Positions 1 through 8,711 of a DNA stretch of 59,057 nt are shown here, one piece after another (position 1 is the stretch's first letter; the number at the start of each line of letters is the position of its first letter). The notes under the pieces were generated by a model, which saw only the letters and a list, made by a program, of their open reading frames with translations, made no database searches and had not been told where the DNA came from. Made by a program: the position numbers and the translations under genes. Source of the DNA: a virus; the IMG/VR virus record IMGVR_UViG_3300045988_136150, positions 1 through 59,057 of that record; one strand, 5' to 3'.

Positions 1-55
1 AGAGCTGTTTCCTACAAATATTGATACCTTTGTCGATTTGTTTGCAGGGGGGGGG
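1..55. repeat. Terminal direct overlap, identical to 59003-59057 (circular or permuted genome, unit about 59,002 bp)
   Basis: agagctgtttcctacaaatattgatacctttgtcgatttgtttgca plus a G-run is present at both ends. The 3' copy is cut off inside the G-run. Confidence 0.9.
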
Positions 56-797
56 GAATGTAAGTGTAAATGCTTACGCTAAGCATATTGTATATAATGA
101 TTTTCTGGAGCAGGTACCAGAGATGCTACAGGAATTTAGGAGCATAGGGGCGGAAAAGTGCCTAGAGCGTATAGATAATTACATAGAGGAGTATGGGCTT
201 ACAAAAGAAAACAAAGAGGGATACTTAGCTTTAAGAAAGCGGTATAATGATACCTTTGATCTGGAGTTTGGTTTATCGGATCCTATTATGCTCTATACCC
301 TTATCTGTTACTCTTTTAATAATCAAATTAGATTTAATGGTAAGGGAGCCTATAATATGCCTTTTGGTAAAGGTAGGAGCAGTTTTAACCCAGCACTTAG
401 GGAAAAGTTTGTAGCCTTTGTAAATAGGCTACAGGAGATAGATATAGAGTTTTTCCACAATGATTTTAGAAAGATCAAGGTAGAGCGTTTGAGCTCTAAT
501 GATTTTGTTTACTGTGATCCTCCATATCTTATTACAGTAGCCTCATACAATGAAAATGGAGGATGGGGAGAGCAGGATGAGAAAGATCTCTTAGCTAAGC
601 TGGATGAGGTAAATAAGGCAGGAGTTAAGTTTGCTCTTTCTAATGTGCTGGAGAGCAGAGGGAAAGAGAATATCATTCTAAAGGAATGGGTTAAAAAGTA
701 TAAAGTTAATTATCTGGATCATACCTACAGAAATTGCAGTTATCATAAAAAGGATAAAGAGAGTAAAGATGTAGAGGTATTGATTACTAATTATTGA
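21..797 (+). CDS. N6-adenine DNA methyltransferase (Dam/D12-class-like), main body. The true 5' end lies at 58938 across the junction and is out of frame because of a G10 tract.
   Basis: GGGNVSV (FxGxG region), YNMPFGK and VYCDPPY (DPPY catalytic motif). The listed TTG start at 21 has no RBS, and the upstream frame is supplied by 58938..59057. Confidence 0.8.
   Translation: MIPLSICLQGGGNVSVNAYAKHIVYNDFLEQVPEMLQEFRSIGAEKCLERIDNYIEEYGLTKENKEGYLALRKRYNDTFDLEFGLSDPIMLYTLICYSFNNQIRFNGKGAYNMPFGKGRSSFNPALREKFVAFVNRLQEIDIEFFHNDFRKIKVERLSSNDFVYCDPPYLITVASYNENGGWGEQDEKDLLAKLDEVNKAGVKFALSNVLESRGKENIILKEWVKKYKVNYLDHTYRNCSYHKKDKESKDVEVLITNY
47..56 (+). repeat. Homopolymeric G10 tract inside the methyltransferase gene
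   Basis: Ten G counted at 47-56. Nine G would join MEFIKSPLNYTGGKYKLLPQLLELFPTNIDTFVDLFAGGG to NVSVNAYAK in frame. Confidence 0.85.
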
Positions 798-810
798 GGA
801 GGGTTAGTGT

Positions 811-1278
811 ATGAAAAAGGGTTGTGTATATTGTACTGATATGCACTTAAATAAATGCCCAGATGCTTTTACAAAGGTGGCTCAATATTGCGGAAAATAC
901 GATCATACGGAGATGGTACCTATAAGAGGAGGAAAGAGAGCTTATACAATTTATGCGGTAGATTTTGATGGTACCCTGTGTGTTAGTATTTTTCCAGAGA
1001 TAGGAGCTCCTAATATGAGCCTTATTAACCACTTGATTAAGCGGAGAAAGCAGGGTAATAAAATTATCCTCTGGACTTGTAGAGTAGGAGAAAGGCTGGA
1101 GGAGGCTGTAAACTGGTGCAGAGATAAGGGCTTAGAGTTTGATGCGGTAAACAATAATCTACAGGAAATGATAGAGTACTGGGGAAATAACCCTAGAAAA
1201 GTGTTTGCAGATGTATATATAGACGATAAAGCCATACATAAAGAAAAGTATTGTGTACCGTATAAGGAGGAGCTATAA
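811..1278 (+). CDS. HAD-superfamily-like phosphatase/nucleotidase (putative)
   Basis: AVDFDGTL (DxDGT-type motif) and a small N-terminal Cys cluster. RBS gaggagg. Confidence 0.45.
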   Translation: MKKGCVYCTDMHLNKCPDAFTKVAQYCGKYDHTEMVPIRGGKRAYTIYAVDFDGTLCVSIFPEIGAPNMSLINHLIKRRKQGNKIILWTCRVGERLEEAVNWCRDKGLEFDAVNNNLQEMIEYWGNNPRKVFADVYIDDKAIHKEKYCVPYKEEL

Positions 1279-1295
1279 GAGGCTCCTCTTTTTTA
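1267..1295 (+). terminator. Rho-independent terminator
   Basis: gaggagc (1267-1273) pairs with gctcctc (1282-1288), followed by a T-run. Confidence 0.6.
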
Positions 1296-1297
1296 TA

Positions 1298-1340
1298 TCT
1301 AAAAATAAGGCGGAAATGTGATTAAGATAGGTAAGCTATA
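1298..1340 (+). promoter_or_regulatory. Bipartite intergenic motif, copy 1 (diverged 3' half)
   Basis: tctaaaa at 1298 and gtgattaag at 1318, the 20-nt offset seen in all copies. Upstream of 1376. Confidence 0.5.
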
Positions 1341-1375
1341 AAGGATAGTAAAACTAATACAGGAGGTATAAGCGT

Positions 1376-2446
1376 ATGGGCTTAGCAAGTTTGATAAAGG
1401 TAGCACAGGGTAAGAACGCTGGGAGCGTATCCTTTGAGGATAATTTTCTTAAGGCTTATGAGGATGCTGTAAGGCAGAAAGAGCTAGAGGAGAGGCAGGT
1501 AGCTCCTAGTGATTATATTCGCCCTAGCTCTATGTATGGCTGTGAGCGTATGATCTTTTTCCAGAGAGTACATAGTGGATCTCTTAATGGGGAGCAGAGC
1601 GATGTACCGCTTATTGAGATTTGTCAGAGTGGTACAGATAGGCACTTAGACATACAGCACATTGTAGAGCGTATGGAGGGCGTAGAGTGCTTAGATCTTG
1701 AGGAGATCGTAAAAGAGGCTAATCAAAAAGGCATTAAAACGGAGTTTATGGGATGGAATGAGGATCACACAGAGGCAAGGTGTAAAAACGATGAGCTTAG
1801 TATCTTTTTCCAGCCAGATGGAGTACTCCGCTTTATGGGTAAAGAGGTAATACTGGAGGTTAAAACAGAGAGTACTTATCAGTTTAGTAACCGATATGAG
1901 CCGAAAGAGGATCATAAGTGGCAAGCTACAAGCTATGGTATGGGCTTAGGTATTGATTATGTACTTTTCCTGTATGAGGATCGTAATTTCTGTAAGAAAA
2001 AGCTCTACCTCTGGAAAATTACCGATGAGATGAAAGAAAGAGTTAAGGCTAAGATCAATACCGTTAATACCGCCTGTAAGACAGGGATCCCCCCAGAGAA
2101 AAATGAGGATAAATGTACTTACTGTAAATATAAAAATGAGTGTGGCTTAGTGGATGCTGGTAAGTGGGTACATCCTAACCCTCCAGAAAAGACACAGAAA
2201 GCCCAGAAAGCTACAAACAGAAAAAAGCAAGGTAAATCTACTTCTAAGATTAAAAAAGGCTCACAGGGGGTAAAAACAAGCCCACAGGAGCCTCTTAAGG
2301 CTGTTAGGAAAGTGTGCGGTAACTGTAAAAATTGCTGTGATGAGGGTTTCGGAGCTTATTACTGTAGAGTAGATACAGAGGGGTCTATGTATGTAGATCG
2401 TAGAAAAGGCTGTAAGTTTACGCCTAGTAGGTTTGAGGAGGCGTAG
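1376..2446 (+). CDS. Cas4/RecB-like PD-(D/E)XK exonuclease with Cys-rich, Lys-rich C-terminal extension
   Basis: N-terminal Cys (MYGCERM), PDGVL...ILEVKT (D...ExK), QATSY (QxxxY) and CTYCKYKNEC. Confidence 0.6.
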   Translation: MGLASLIKVAQGKNAGSVSFEDNFLKAYEDAVRQKELEERQVAPSDYIRPSSMYGCERMIFFQRVHSGSLNGEQSDVPLIEICQSGTDRHLDIQHIVERMEGVECLDLEEIVKEANQKGIKTEFMGWNEDHTEARCKNDELSIFFQPDGVLRFMGKEVILEVKTESTYQFSNRYEPKEDHKWQATSYGMGLGIDYVLFLYEDRNFCKKKLYLWKITDEMKERVKAKINTVNTACKTGIPPEKNEDKCTYCKYKNECGLVDAGKWVHPNPPEKTQKAQKATNRKKQGKSTSKIKKGSQGVKTSPQEPLKAVRKVCGNCKNCCDEGFGAYYCRVDTEGSMYVDRRKGCKFTPSRFEEA

Positions 2447-2448
2447 AG

Positions 2449-2928
2449 ATGGCAGGTAAAGGTATAGGTAAGATTTTTGAGGAGGAGATAAAAGGATCTT
2501 TTCCTAGTGATTTTTACATAGAACGCTATAAGGATGATACCGCTGGTTTTTATGGAGTATCTAACCCAGCGGATTACCGCCTTTATAAATATCCTTATAC
2601 TTTCCTACTGGAGCTCAAAACTCATAAGGGTAAGAGTATTCCTCTGGATAAGATCAGAGATAACCAGATTAAAGGGATGTATAAAGCTTCTCAGTATAAA
2701 GGGATCTTTGCAGGTTTTCTAATTAACTATAGAGATCTGGAGGAAACATACTATATCACAGTAGCGGATATGGTAGCCTTTATTTCCTCCACAGAGAGGA
2801 AAAGCGTACCTGTAGAGTGGTGTAGAGAGAATGGGGTAAGAATTGTTCAGACAAAAAAGAGAGTAAGGTACTCCTACGATTTGAGGAGTTGGCTAGGGAG
2901 GTATTATAATGAGCAGTTTGATAAGTAA
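2449..2928 (+). CDS. RecU-like Holliday junction resolvase / PD-(D/E)XK endonuclease (putative)
   Basis: ADYRLYKYPYTFLLELKT gives D-x12-E-x-K spacing, as in RecU. Confidence 0.45.
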   Translation: MAGKGIGKIFEEEIKGSFPSDFYIERYKDDTAGFYGVSNPADYRLYKYPYTFLLELKTHKGKSIPLDKIRDNQIKGMYKASQYKGIFAGFLINYRDLEETYYITVADMVAFISSTERKSVPVEWCRENGVRIVQTKKRVRYSYDLRSWLGRYYNEQFDK

Positions 2929-3265
2929 AGAGGCTTTGCTGGATGAGGTGCTATCTTATTTTGGAGTAGATTTGGCTTACTTTGGAAAGGATCTACAGTT
3001 TGTGCAGGAGGCTATAGAGTGTGCTCCTGTGGTTACTACTACAGAAATTATTAGAGATCTGATAGTTGGTAAGTGGGTAGAATGTGAAAAGGTGCAGAGT
3101 GCCTTAGGTATGAGCTTTAATGAGTGCTTTGCTATATTTGATTTTTCTAGGACAGCGGAATGGTGGAGTATTGTTGGAGAAACTCCAGAGGAAAGAGCCA
3201 GAGAGGGGCAAAAGATTACTACAATGTTTAGAATAAAGAGAGGTGTAGAAAGTGGCGGTAAATGA
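2909..3265 (+). CDS. Hypothetical protein
   Basis: ORF with RBS gggagg. No motif recognised. Confidence 0.5.
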   Translation: MSSLISKEALLDEVLSYFGVDLAYFGKDLQFVQEAIECAPVVTTTEIIRDLIVGKWVECEKVQSALGMSFNECFAIFDFSRTAEWWSIVGETPEERAREGQKITTMFRIKRGVESGGK

Positions 3266-3791
3266 AATACTTAGTAAACTCATAAAAGAGGTACAAGAGG
3301 AGAGCTCTCCAGTAGTAAAGCTCTCTAACCAGCTTATAGAGGATTACAGTAAGGATCTGGATAGTGCTATCTCAGAGTTAGATATAATTATGGATAGTAT
3401 AGGGGAAAATTCCATAGAGGATATACCAGATAGCCAGATTGAGTATTACTGTGTAAAGATCCCAGCTTTGATGTACTATGCAGGGCAAAGAGTGGAGGAG
3501 CTGGGTATGCAAGCAGATCTAGCCTCTAACAGTAAGAAAAATGCTCAAAATGAGGCTATGCTTAAGGTATCTGGTACGGTACCAGAGAAAAAGGCTAGAG
3601 TAGAACAGCTCACAGAGGATAAGGCTCTGGTAGAGGCTATTTACAGGAGGGCTTATAACAGCCTTAGGGTTAAGCTGGAAATGGCAGAAAAGATCTACAG
3701 CGGATTAAAGAAAGCTCTTAGTAAGCGTATAGCAGAGGTAGATCTTAACCGTTTTAGCAAGGATAGCTATGTACCCAGAGATGAGGATTAA
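3252..3791 (+). CDS. Hypothetical protein (helical/coiled-coil character)
   Basis: GTG start after agagg. No motif recognised. Confidence 0.5.
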   Translation: MAVNEILSKLIKEVQEESSPVVKLSNQLIEDYSKDLDSAISELDIIMDSIGENSIEDIPDSQIEYYCVKIPALMYYAGQRVEELGMQADLASNSKKNAQNEAMLKVSGTVPEKKARVEQLTEDKALVEAIYRRAYNSLRVKLEMAEKIYSGLKKALSKRIAEVDLNRFSKDSYVPRDED

Positions 3792-3794
3792 GCT

Positions 3795-4046
3795 ATGGAG
3801 AGCTGGATGCGTGAGTATTTATCTAGCTATGAAATAGCAGAACTTAGGAGGGCGGAGATTGAGAAACGCTGTAAGGAGGAGGCAGAGTGGCTTTTAGATC
3901 ATCCTACAGACAGTATTAGAAAGATTGCTAAAGAGTTTTGTGTAAGTAAATCACAGCTCCACAGGGATCTCCACTCTCTTAAGTATATTGATGATGATCT
4001 TTATGTGCAATGTAGAAACATATTAAGGAGGCACAGGAGGAGATAG
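3795..4046 (+). CDS. SpoIIID-like HTH transcriptional regulator
   Basis: IRKIAKEFCVSKSQLHRDLHSL...LYVQCRNIL resembles the SpoIIID HTH (VIAKEFGVSKSTVHKDL). Confidence 0.55.
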   Translation: MESWMREYLSSYEIAELRRAEIEKRCKEEAEWLLDHPTDSIRKIAKEFCVSKSQLHRDLHSLKYIDDDLYVQCRNILRRHRRR

Positions 4047-4047
4047 T

Positions 4048-4224
4048 ATGGCAGATGCTAACAGATGTGTAAGCTGTGGAGAGATTATACCAGAGGGTAA
4101 GTTAGTTTGTCCTATATGTGAGGCAGGTAGCCTCTCAATTAAAGTAGAACGGAGGGAAAGCAGGTGGAAACGATTGAGGAGAAAATTTCTAAGTTTCTGG
4201 AGGAGCTGGAGAAAAGAGGTATAG
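4048..4224 (+). CDS. Small zinc-ribbon protein (58 aa, not in ORF track)
   Basis: Hand translation MADANRCVSCGEIIPEGKLVCPICEAG. RBS aggagg. Overlaps the next gene by about 60 nt. Confidence 0.4.
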   Translation: MADANRCVSCGEIIPEGKLVCPICEAGSLSIKVERRESRWKRLRRKFLSFWRSWRKEV

Positions 4225-4427
4225 AGATTACAGGAGAAACAGCTTTTATCTGTAATGATGGGGCTGTGCTCTTTAGCCCTAATGAGAGAGGGGCTGTAGA
4301 TATTGTCTTAGTGAGAAACCCTGTAAAGATAGATTATACGCTGGGGATCACAGATAAAGAGGTAGAGCTTTGGGCTACTACTGATGAGATTATAAAGGAG
4401 CTGGAGGATAATACAGATGAGGAATAG
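4164..4427 (+). CDS. Hypothetical acidic protein
   Basis: GTG start after ggaggg. Confidence 0.45.
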   Translation: METIEEKISKFLEELEKRGIEITGETAFICNDGAVLFSPNERGAVDIVLVRNPVKIDYTLGITDKEVELWATTDEIIKELEDNTDEE

Positions 4428-4887
4428 CACTTTTTATATGATGGTTGGATTACCAGCTAGCGGAAAATCCACAGAGGCGGAAAATCTGGGAGCCATTGTT
4501 AGATCCTCCGATGCGTTGAGAGATGAGCTCTTAGGAGATGTGCAGGAGCAAGGTAAGAATGGTTTAATTTTTGATCTCTTACATAGCCTTATTAAGGCAG
4601 ATATTTATAACGGATCGGATGTAGTATTTGATGCTACTAACATTAACTCTATACGGAGGAAAGCCTTTTTAGATGAGTTATCACTCTTGCCTTGTAGAAA
4701 GATTTGTATTTATATGAAAACTCCTTACTCTGTTTGTACATATAGAAATTTTAATAGAAAAAGATGTGTTCCAGTAGAGGCTATGGAGCGTATGAAAAAG
4801 AAATTACAGGAGCCTACTATGGATGAGGGATGGGATGAGATCCGTATCATTAGTTGTAAGGAGGATAATACAAATGGCAGAGATTGA
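4417..4887 (+). CDS. P-loop kinase-like ATPase (AAA_33 / polynucleotide-kinase-like)
   Basis: Walker A GLPASGKST and VVFDATN. Confidence 0.55.
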   Translation: MRNSTFYMMVGLPASGKSTEAENLGAIVRSSDALRDELLGDVQEQGKNGLIFDLLHSLIKADIYNGSDVVFDATNINSIRRKAFLDELSLLPCRKICIYMKTPYSVCTYRNFNRKRCVPVEAMERMKKKLQEPTMDEGWDEIRIISCKEDNTNGRD

Positions 4888-5881
4888 TAGCCTCATAGCA
4901 GAGGTAAATAAGAAGTATAAAACGGATATTATCCGTAAAGCAAGTGATCTTAAGGGGATTGAGTTTATACCATACTCATCCCCTCAAATGAATTATTTAA
5001 CCAGAGGCGGAGTACCTGTGGGGCGTATGATAGAGCTTGTAGGATTGCCTCAGAGTGGCAAAACTACTACAGCTCTGGATATTATAGCTAATTTCCAGCG
5101 TAAGTATCCAGATCGCTATACGGTATATCTGGATGCAGAGAATACTCTGGATAAAGAGTGGGGAGAAACTCTTGGAGTAAACTGGGATACTGTGATCCTC
5201 ATCCAGCCAGAGGCGGAGTATGGGGAGCAGTTGTTAGATATGCTCTTAGATTATATTCGATCTGGTAAAGTAGGGCTGGTAGTAATAGATAGTGTACCTT
5301 TTATTACTCCTAAGGCGGTACAGGAGAAAGGGCTTGATGAGAAAAGTTATGGGGGTAATAGTGCTCTTATTAAGAGTTTCTGTGATAAGGTAATATCTCT
5401 GTTACATAAAAACTCTTGTACTTTCCTTATGCTTAACCAGCTTAGGGAAAATATAGGAAACCCATATAAGCCTTATAAGATCCCCTGTGGTACCGCTCTG
5501 GCTCACGCTTGTTCACAGATCTTATGGTTTACTAAGGGATCCCTCTTAGACGAGAAATACAAGGAGGTAAGCGGTAACTACGCTAACCCTATCGGTAATA
5601 TGGTTAGTGTGAAAATGGAGAAAAACAAGGTTACTAAGAATGATCGTAGGCTGGGTACCTATACTCTTAACTACAGCTCTGGAGTGGATCAGATAAAGGA
5701 TGTACTGGATATGGGCTTAGTACTGGGGATCATTTCACAGGCTGGGGCGTGGTTTAAGGCTAAAAAGAAAGATGGTACAGAGGCTAAGATGCAGGGCTTT
5801 AACGGAGTGCAGGACTTTTATTATAATGATCTGGATGAGCTGGAGTACCTAAAAGAGCAGGTGTACGAGGCTACACTATAA
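4874..5881 (+). CDS. RecA-family recombinase
   Basis: GGVPVGRMIELVGLPQSGKTT (Walker A) and LVVIDSV (Walker B). Start moved to the ATG at 4874 (MAEIDS), which follows aggagg. Confidence 0.75.
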   Translation: MAEIDSLIAEVNKKYKTDIIRKASDLKGIEFIPYSSPQMNYLTRGGVPVGRMIELVGLPQSGKTTTALDIIANFQRKYPDRYTVYLDAENTLDKEWGETLGVNWDTVILIQPEAEYGEQLLDMLLDYIRSGKVGLVVIDSVPFITPKAVQEKGLDEKSYGGNSALIKSFCDKVISLLHKNSCTFLMLNQLRENIGNPYKPYKIPCGTALAHACSQILWFTKGSLLDEKYKEVSGNYANPIGNMVSVKMEKNKVTKNDRRLGTYTLNYSSGVDQIKDVLDMGLVLGIISQAGAWFKAKKKDGTEAKMQGFNGVQDFYYNDLDELEYLKEQVYEATL

Positions 5882-5883
5882 TT

Positions 5884-5935
5884 TCTAAAAATTTACCTCC
5901 TTTGTGATTAAGTTAATTATTGCAGAGGAGGTAAA
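5884..5935 (+). promoter_or_regulatory. Bipartite intergenic motif, copy 2, with SD-sequestering inverted repeat
   Basis: tctaaaa at 5884 and gtgattaagttaattattgc at 5904. Arms 5892-5904 tttacctcctttg and 5923-5935 cagaggaggtaaa pair over 13 bp, including 1 G-U. Confidence 0.6.
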
Positions 5936-5938
5936 CTT

Positions 5939-6685
5939 ATGGAATTTATGACACTTGAACAGCTTAGAGAGAGAGCGTGGATAATCCCGTGGAGTGGAGG
6001 AAAAGATAGTACAGCTACCGTTATTCTTTGCCATAAATACGGAATACCGATAAAGAGGATAATTTATGTAAGAATGATGTGGGATGAAACTTTACCAGCT
6101 ACTTTACCAGTAATGACAGAGTTTGTAGATAATACTAGGCTAATATTTGAGAGCTGGGGCTACTCTGTGGATGTGGTACCTAGCCTTGTAACAGCTAAGG
6201 AGATCACAGAAAAGATCTATAAAAAGGCTAAAAATTATCCAGAAAGAAACGGTAAATACTGGGGTATTTCAGCTTTTGCTAGAGGCTTTTGCAAATTTAC
6301 AGGGGTGAAAGAGAGTACTGTAAAAACAGTATTAGATAGTAATGAAAATACGCTTGTAGGCTATGCGATAGATGAGGTGGATAGGTTACATAGATTAACA
6401 GAGAAAAAGCAATCTATAATGTGTACTCTTGGAATTACAGAGCAACAGGCTTTTTCAATTTGTAGAGAGGCAGGTTTATTATCTCCCCTGTATGAGTTGA
6501 AAGTGTTTAGGGATGGGTGCTGGTTTTGCCCTAACGCAAGAGCGGATGAGAGGGTAATGTTAAAAGAGCTGTATCCAGAGTTGGTAGTAAAAATTAAGCA
6601 GATGATAGAGATGTGTGACTATGATCTTAGCAGGTTTCAATCTAGGAATAAATGGTTACAAGATTATTTTAGCGGAAAGTTGTAG
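5939..6685 (+). CDS. PP-loop ATP pyrophosphatase, PAPS-reductase-like family
   Basis: PWSGGKDST (SGGxDS PP-loop) and a C-terminal CWFCP. Confidence 0.65.
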   Translation: MEFMTLEQLRERAWIIPWSGGKDSTATVILCHKYGIPIKRIIYVRMMWDETLPATLPVMTEFVDNTRLIFESWGYSVDVVPSLVTAKEITEKIYKKAKNYPERNGKYWGISAFARGFCKFTGVKESTVKTVLDSNENTLVGYAIDEVDRLHRLTEKKQSIMCTLGITEQQAFSICREAGLLSPLYELKVFRDGCWFCPNARADERVMLKELYPELVVKIKQMIEMCDYDLSRFQSRNKWLQDYFSGKL

Positions 6686-6694
6686 AGTTAAAGG

Positions 6695-6726
6695 GAGAGG
6701 GTGTAATAGCCCTCTCTGTTTTTTAT
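6695..6726 (+). terminator. Rho-independent terminator
   Basis: gagaggg (6695-6701) pairs with ccctctc (6710-6716), then tgtttttt. Confidence 0.65.
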
Positions 6727-6756
6727 ATACCTCCCAAAAGTTTTTTATAAAACCCC

Positions 6757-6785
6757 TTGACATTTTTATATAGGAGGTATATAAT
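6757..6785 (+). promoter_or_regulatory. Consensus housekeeping-sigma promoter
   Basis: TTGACA (6757-6762), a 17-nt spacer, then TATAAT (6780-6785). Confidence 0.7.
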
Positions 6786-6831
6786 AAATACAACAAGATA
6801 CAAACTGAAACTCAAACGGAGGTAAAAGGAT

Positions 6832-7176
6832 ATGGCACACGATTTTAGAGAAGTAAAAGCGGTGGTTATGGATACAGTAAAGGATATGGATAAAAAAGAT
6901 CCTAATTGGAAATGGAAAGCAGTAGTACAGAAAGCACAGGTTAAAATATTCTGGAGCTACTTAGAGTACAAAGGAAATACTCCTCCGTTTATTATCACAG
7001 ACGGAACAGAGCAGGAGGGCAATACAGAGGATGATTTTATAGTACTCAGAGATGAGCGTGGGTATTATATGAACGGTGCTATCTTAGGTGAGAAAAGCTG
7101 GCAGGATGGAGATCTGGAAAAGTGTGTAGTAGCTCTTATGAGAGGATTACAGAGCAGGGCAAACAGTACTTATTGA
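6832..7176 (+). CDS. Hypothetical protein
   Basis: RBS ggagg. First gene after the consensus promoter. Confidence 0.5.
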   Translation: MAHDFREVKAVVMDTVKDMDKKDPNWKWKAVVQKAQVKIFWSYLEYKGNTPPFIITDGTEQEGNTEDDFIVLRDERGYYMNGAILGEKSWQDGDLEKCVVALMRGLQSRANSTY

Positions 7177-7189
7177 GGAGGTAGCGGAT

Positions 7190-7423
7190 ATGTTAGCTAA
7201 TAAGATTTTAAGATATAAGGTAATGGATAAGCATAGGGAGCTTGTTAGAGCTGGCAAGCTCCTAGAGGCTAGAGAGCTACTTAGGCTCCTTAGAAAAGGC
7301 AAGATTAAGCTGGGGCTTGGGGATATAGATTGGGAAGTAGAGCGGATATGTGAGGAGTTAGGCTGTAGGATCAATTATAGAGGTAGAGGTTATACCTGTA
7401 CCGTAATTCTTAACAGGAGGTAA
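7190..7423 (+). CDS. Hypothetical basic protein
   Basis: RBS gaggagg. Confidence 0.5.
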   Translation: MLANKILRYKVMDKHRELVRAGKLLEARELLRLLRKGKIKLGLGDIDWEVERICEELGCRINYRGRGYTCTVILNRR

Positions 7424-7428
7424 CGGTT

Positions 7429-7740
7429 ATGATTAAAATACCTAAATTTGTGCAGGAGCTTATGAGTAGAGCCAGTTTTGTATTAGGATCTGGAGAGGCT
7501 GGGTACACAGTTAGAATATATAAGAGTACAGAGTATGCTTATGTTTCTACACTCCAGAAAGAGGTAGAGACGCTTAATAAGTGGGTAATAAGAGTTATGC
7601 CAGAGGATGATCTTGGAGTACCTACAATGATTATTAACAGCGTACCTAAGAAAACTCATTATTGTAAGCAGTATGCGGTAGTAACAATATATGATCCTGT
7701 AATGAAATGGATTGAGCAGTATATTAAAAAAGAGTATTAG
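7429..7740 (+). CDS. Hypothetical protein
   Basis: RBS aggagg. Confidence 0.5.
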   Translation: MIKIPKFVQELMSRASFVLGSGEAGYTVRIYKSTEYAYVSTLQKEVETLNKWVIRVMPEDDLGVPTMIINSVPKKTHYCKQYAVVTIYDPVMKWIEQYIKKEY

Positions 7741-7757
7741 AGAGGAGGTGTAAGGCT

Positions 7758-7937
7758 ATGACAGAGCAGGAGTATAATAGCATCCAGAGGGATCTTAGTG
7801 CTTTGGCGGAGAAATATAATCGCAAACATATAGCCAGCTCTAAGTACTGTGATGTATATAAAGAGGCTATCTTACATTGTAAAAGTGTTTTATCCAATTA
7901 TAAACCTAAGGAGGCGGTGCGTAATGACTATAGATGA
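7758..7937 (+). CDS. Hypothetical small protein (59 aa, not in ORF track)
   Basis: Hand translation MTEQEYNSIQRDLSALAEKYNRKH. RBS gaggagg. Confidence 0.4.
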   Translation: MTEQEYNSIQRDLSALAEKYNRKHIASSKYCDVYKEAILHCKSVLSNYKPKEAVRNDYR

Positions 7938-8343
7938 GAGAGTAGCCCTGTATAAGAAAGAATTTAAGGAGTGCAAGGCTTTAGCTCCTGTAAAGGGGTT
8001 TATCCAGCCAGTAGATAGGATAGAGGCTTTGGAGGCTATTAGAGAGCTTAATACCACTTTGGCAGATCTCTATATGGTATCTCTCCCTGTTATTACAGTA
8101 TGGGTAAGAGATAGCTCTTATGTATCAGCTACAGGAGAGATATATTTAACAGAGCCAGAGCTGGAGCCTTTTCTCCATCAATTCCGCCATCACTTACAGA
8201 ATGTAGAGCGTAAATATGAGCGTAGAGGTCTTACTACAGAGGGAAAGCTGGAAATAAGTAAGCTCCCTTATGAGAATACTATTTATAAGCTCTATGGGGA
8301 GGATGATGCTAGAGCTTGGGCTAAGTTTCTTGTAAGTACTTGA
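7924..8343 (+). CDS. Hypothetical protein
   Basis: Start moved to the ATG at 7924 (MTIDERV), which follows aggagg. The listed 5' extension has no RBS. Confidence 0.5.
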   Translation: MTIDERVALYKKEFKECKALAPVKGFIQPVDRIEALEAIRELNTTLADLYMVSLPVITVWVRDSSYVSATGEIYLTEPELEPFLHQFRHHLQNVERKYERRGLTTEGKLEISKLPYENTIYKLYGEDDARAWAKFLVST

Positions 8344-8356
8344 AAATTACTCATAG

Positions 8357-8384
8357 TTGAGTTATAATATAAGGGGTATATAAT
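8357..8384 (+). promoter_or_regulatory. Housekeeping-sigma-like promoter (putative)
   Basis: TTGAGT, a 16-nt spacer, then TATAAT (8379-8384). Confidence 0.4.
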
Positions 8385-8413
8385 AAAAATTTATATAAAT
8401 GGAGGTAATGGTT

Positions 8414-8662
8414 ATGAAATGCCCTAAATGTGGATCAGAAAATGTAACCGTACAGATGATTACGGAGCAAAACTTAAAGGAGAAAAAGCACGGTATTTTA
8501 TACTGGGTATGTATTGGATGGTGGCTTAAGCCTATTCTATGGCTTTTCCTTACTTTGCCTATGTTGATTATTTCAATCTTTAAGCCTAAGAAGTATAAAA
8601 CCGTGAATACCACTAAGAAAATGGCTGTATGTAATAACTGTGGTAAGAGCTGGAAAGTGTAA
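8414..8662 (+). CDS. Zinc-ribbon membrane protein
   Basis: MKCPKCGS...CNNCGK flank a hydrophobic segment WWLKPILWLFLTLPMLIISIF. ggagg lies 8 nt before the ATG at 8414. Confidence 0.5.
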   Translation: MKCPKCGSENVTVQMITEQNLKEKKHGILYWVCIGWWLKPILWLFLTLPMLIISIFKPKKYKTVNTTKKMAVCNNCGKSWKV

Positions 8663-8680
8663 AACTACATAGAAAGCCAG

Positions 8681-8710
8681 AGAGGATCTTTAACAGGATC
8701 CTCTTTTTTT
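8681..8710 (+). terminator. Rho-independent terminator
   Basis: agaggatc pairs with gatcctct, followed by T7. Confidence 0.7.
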
Positions 8711-8711
8711 G

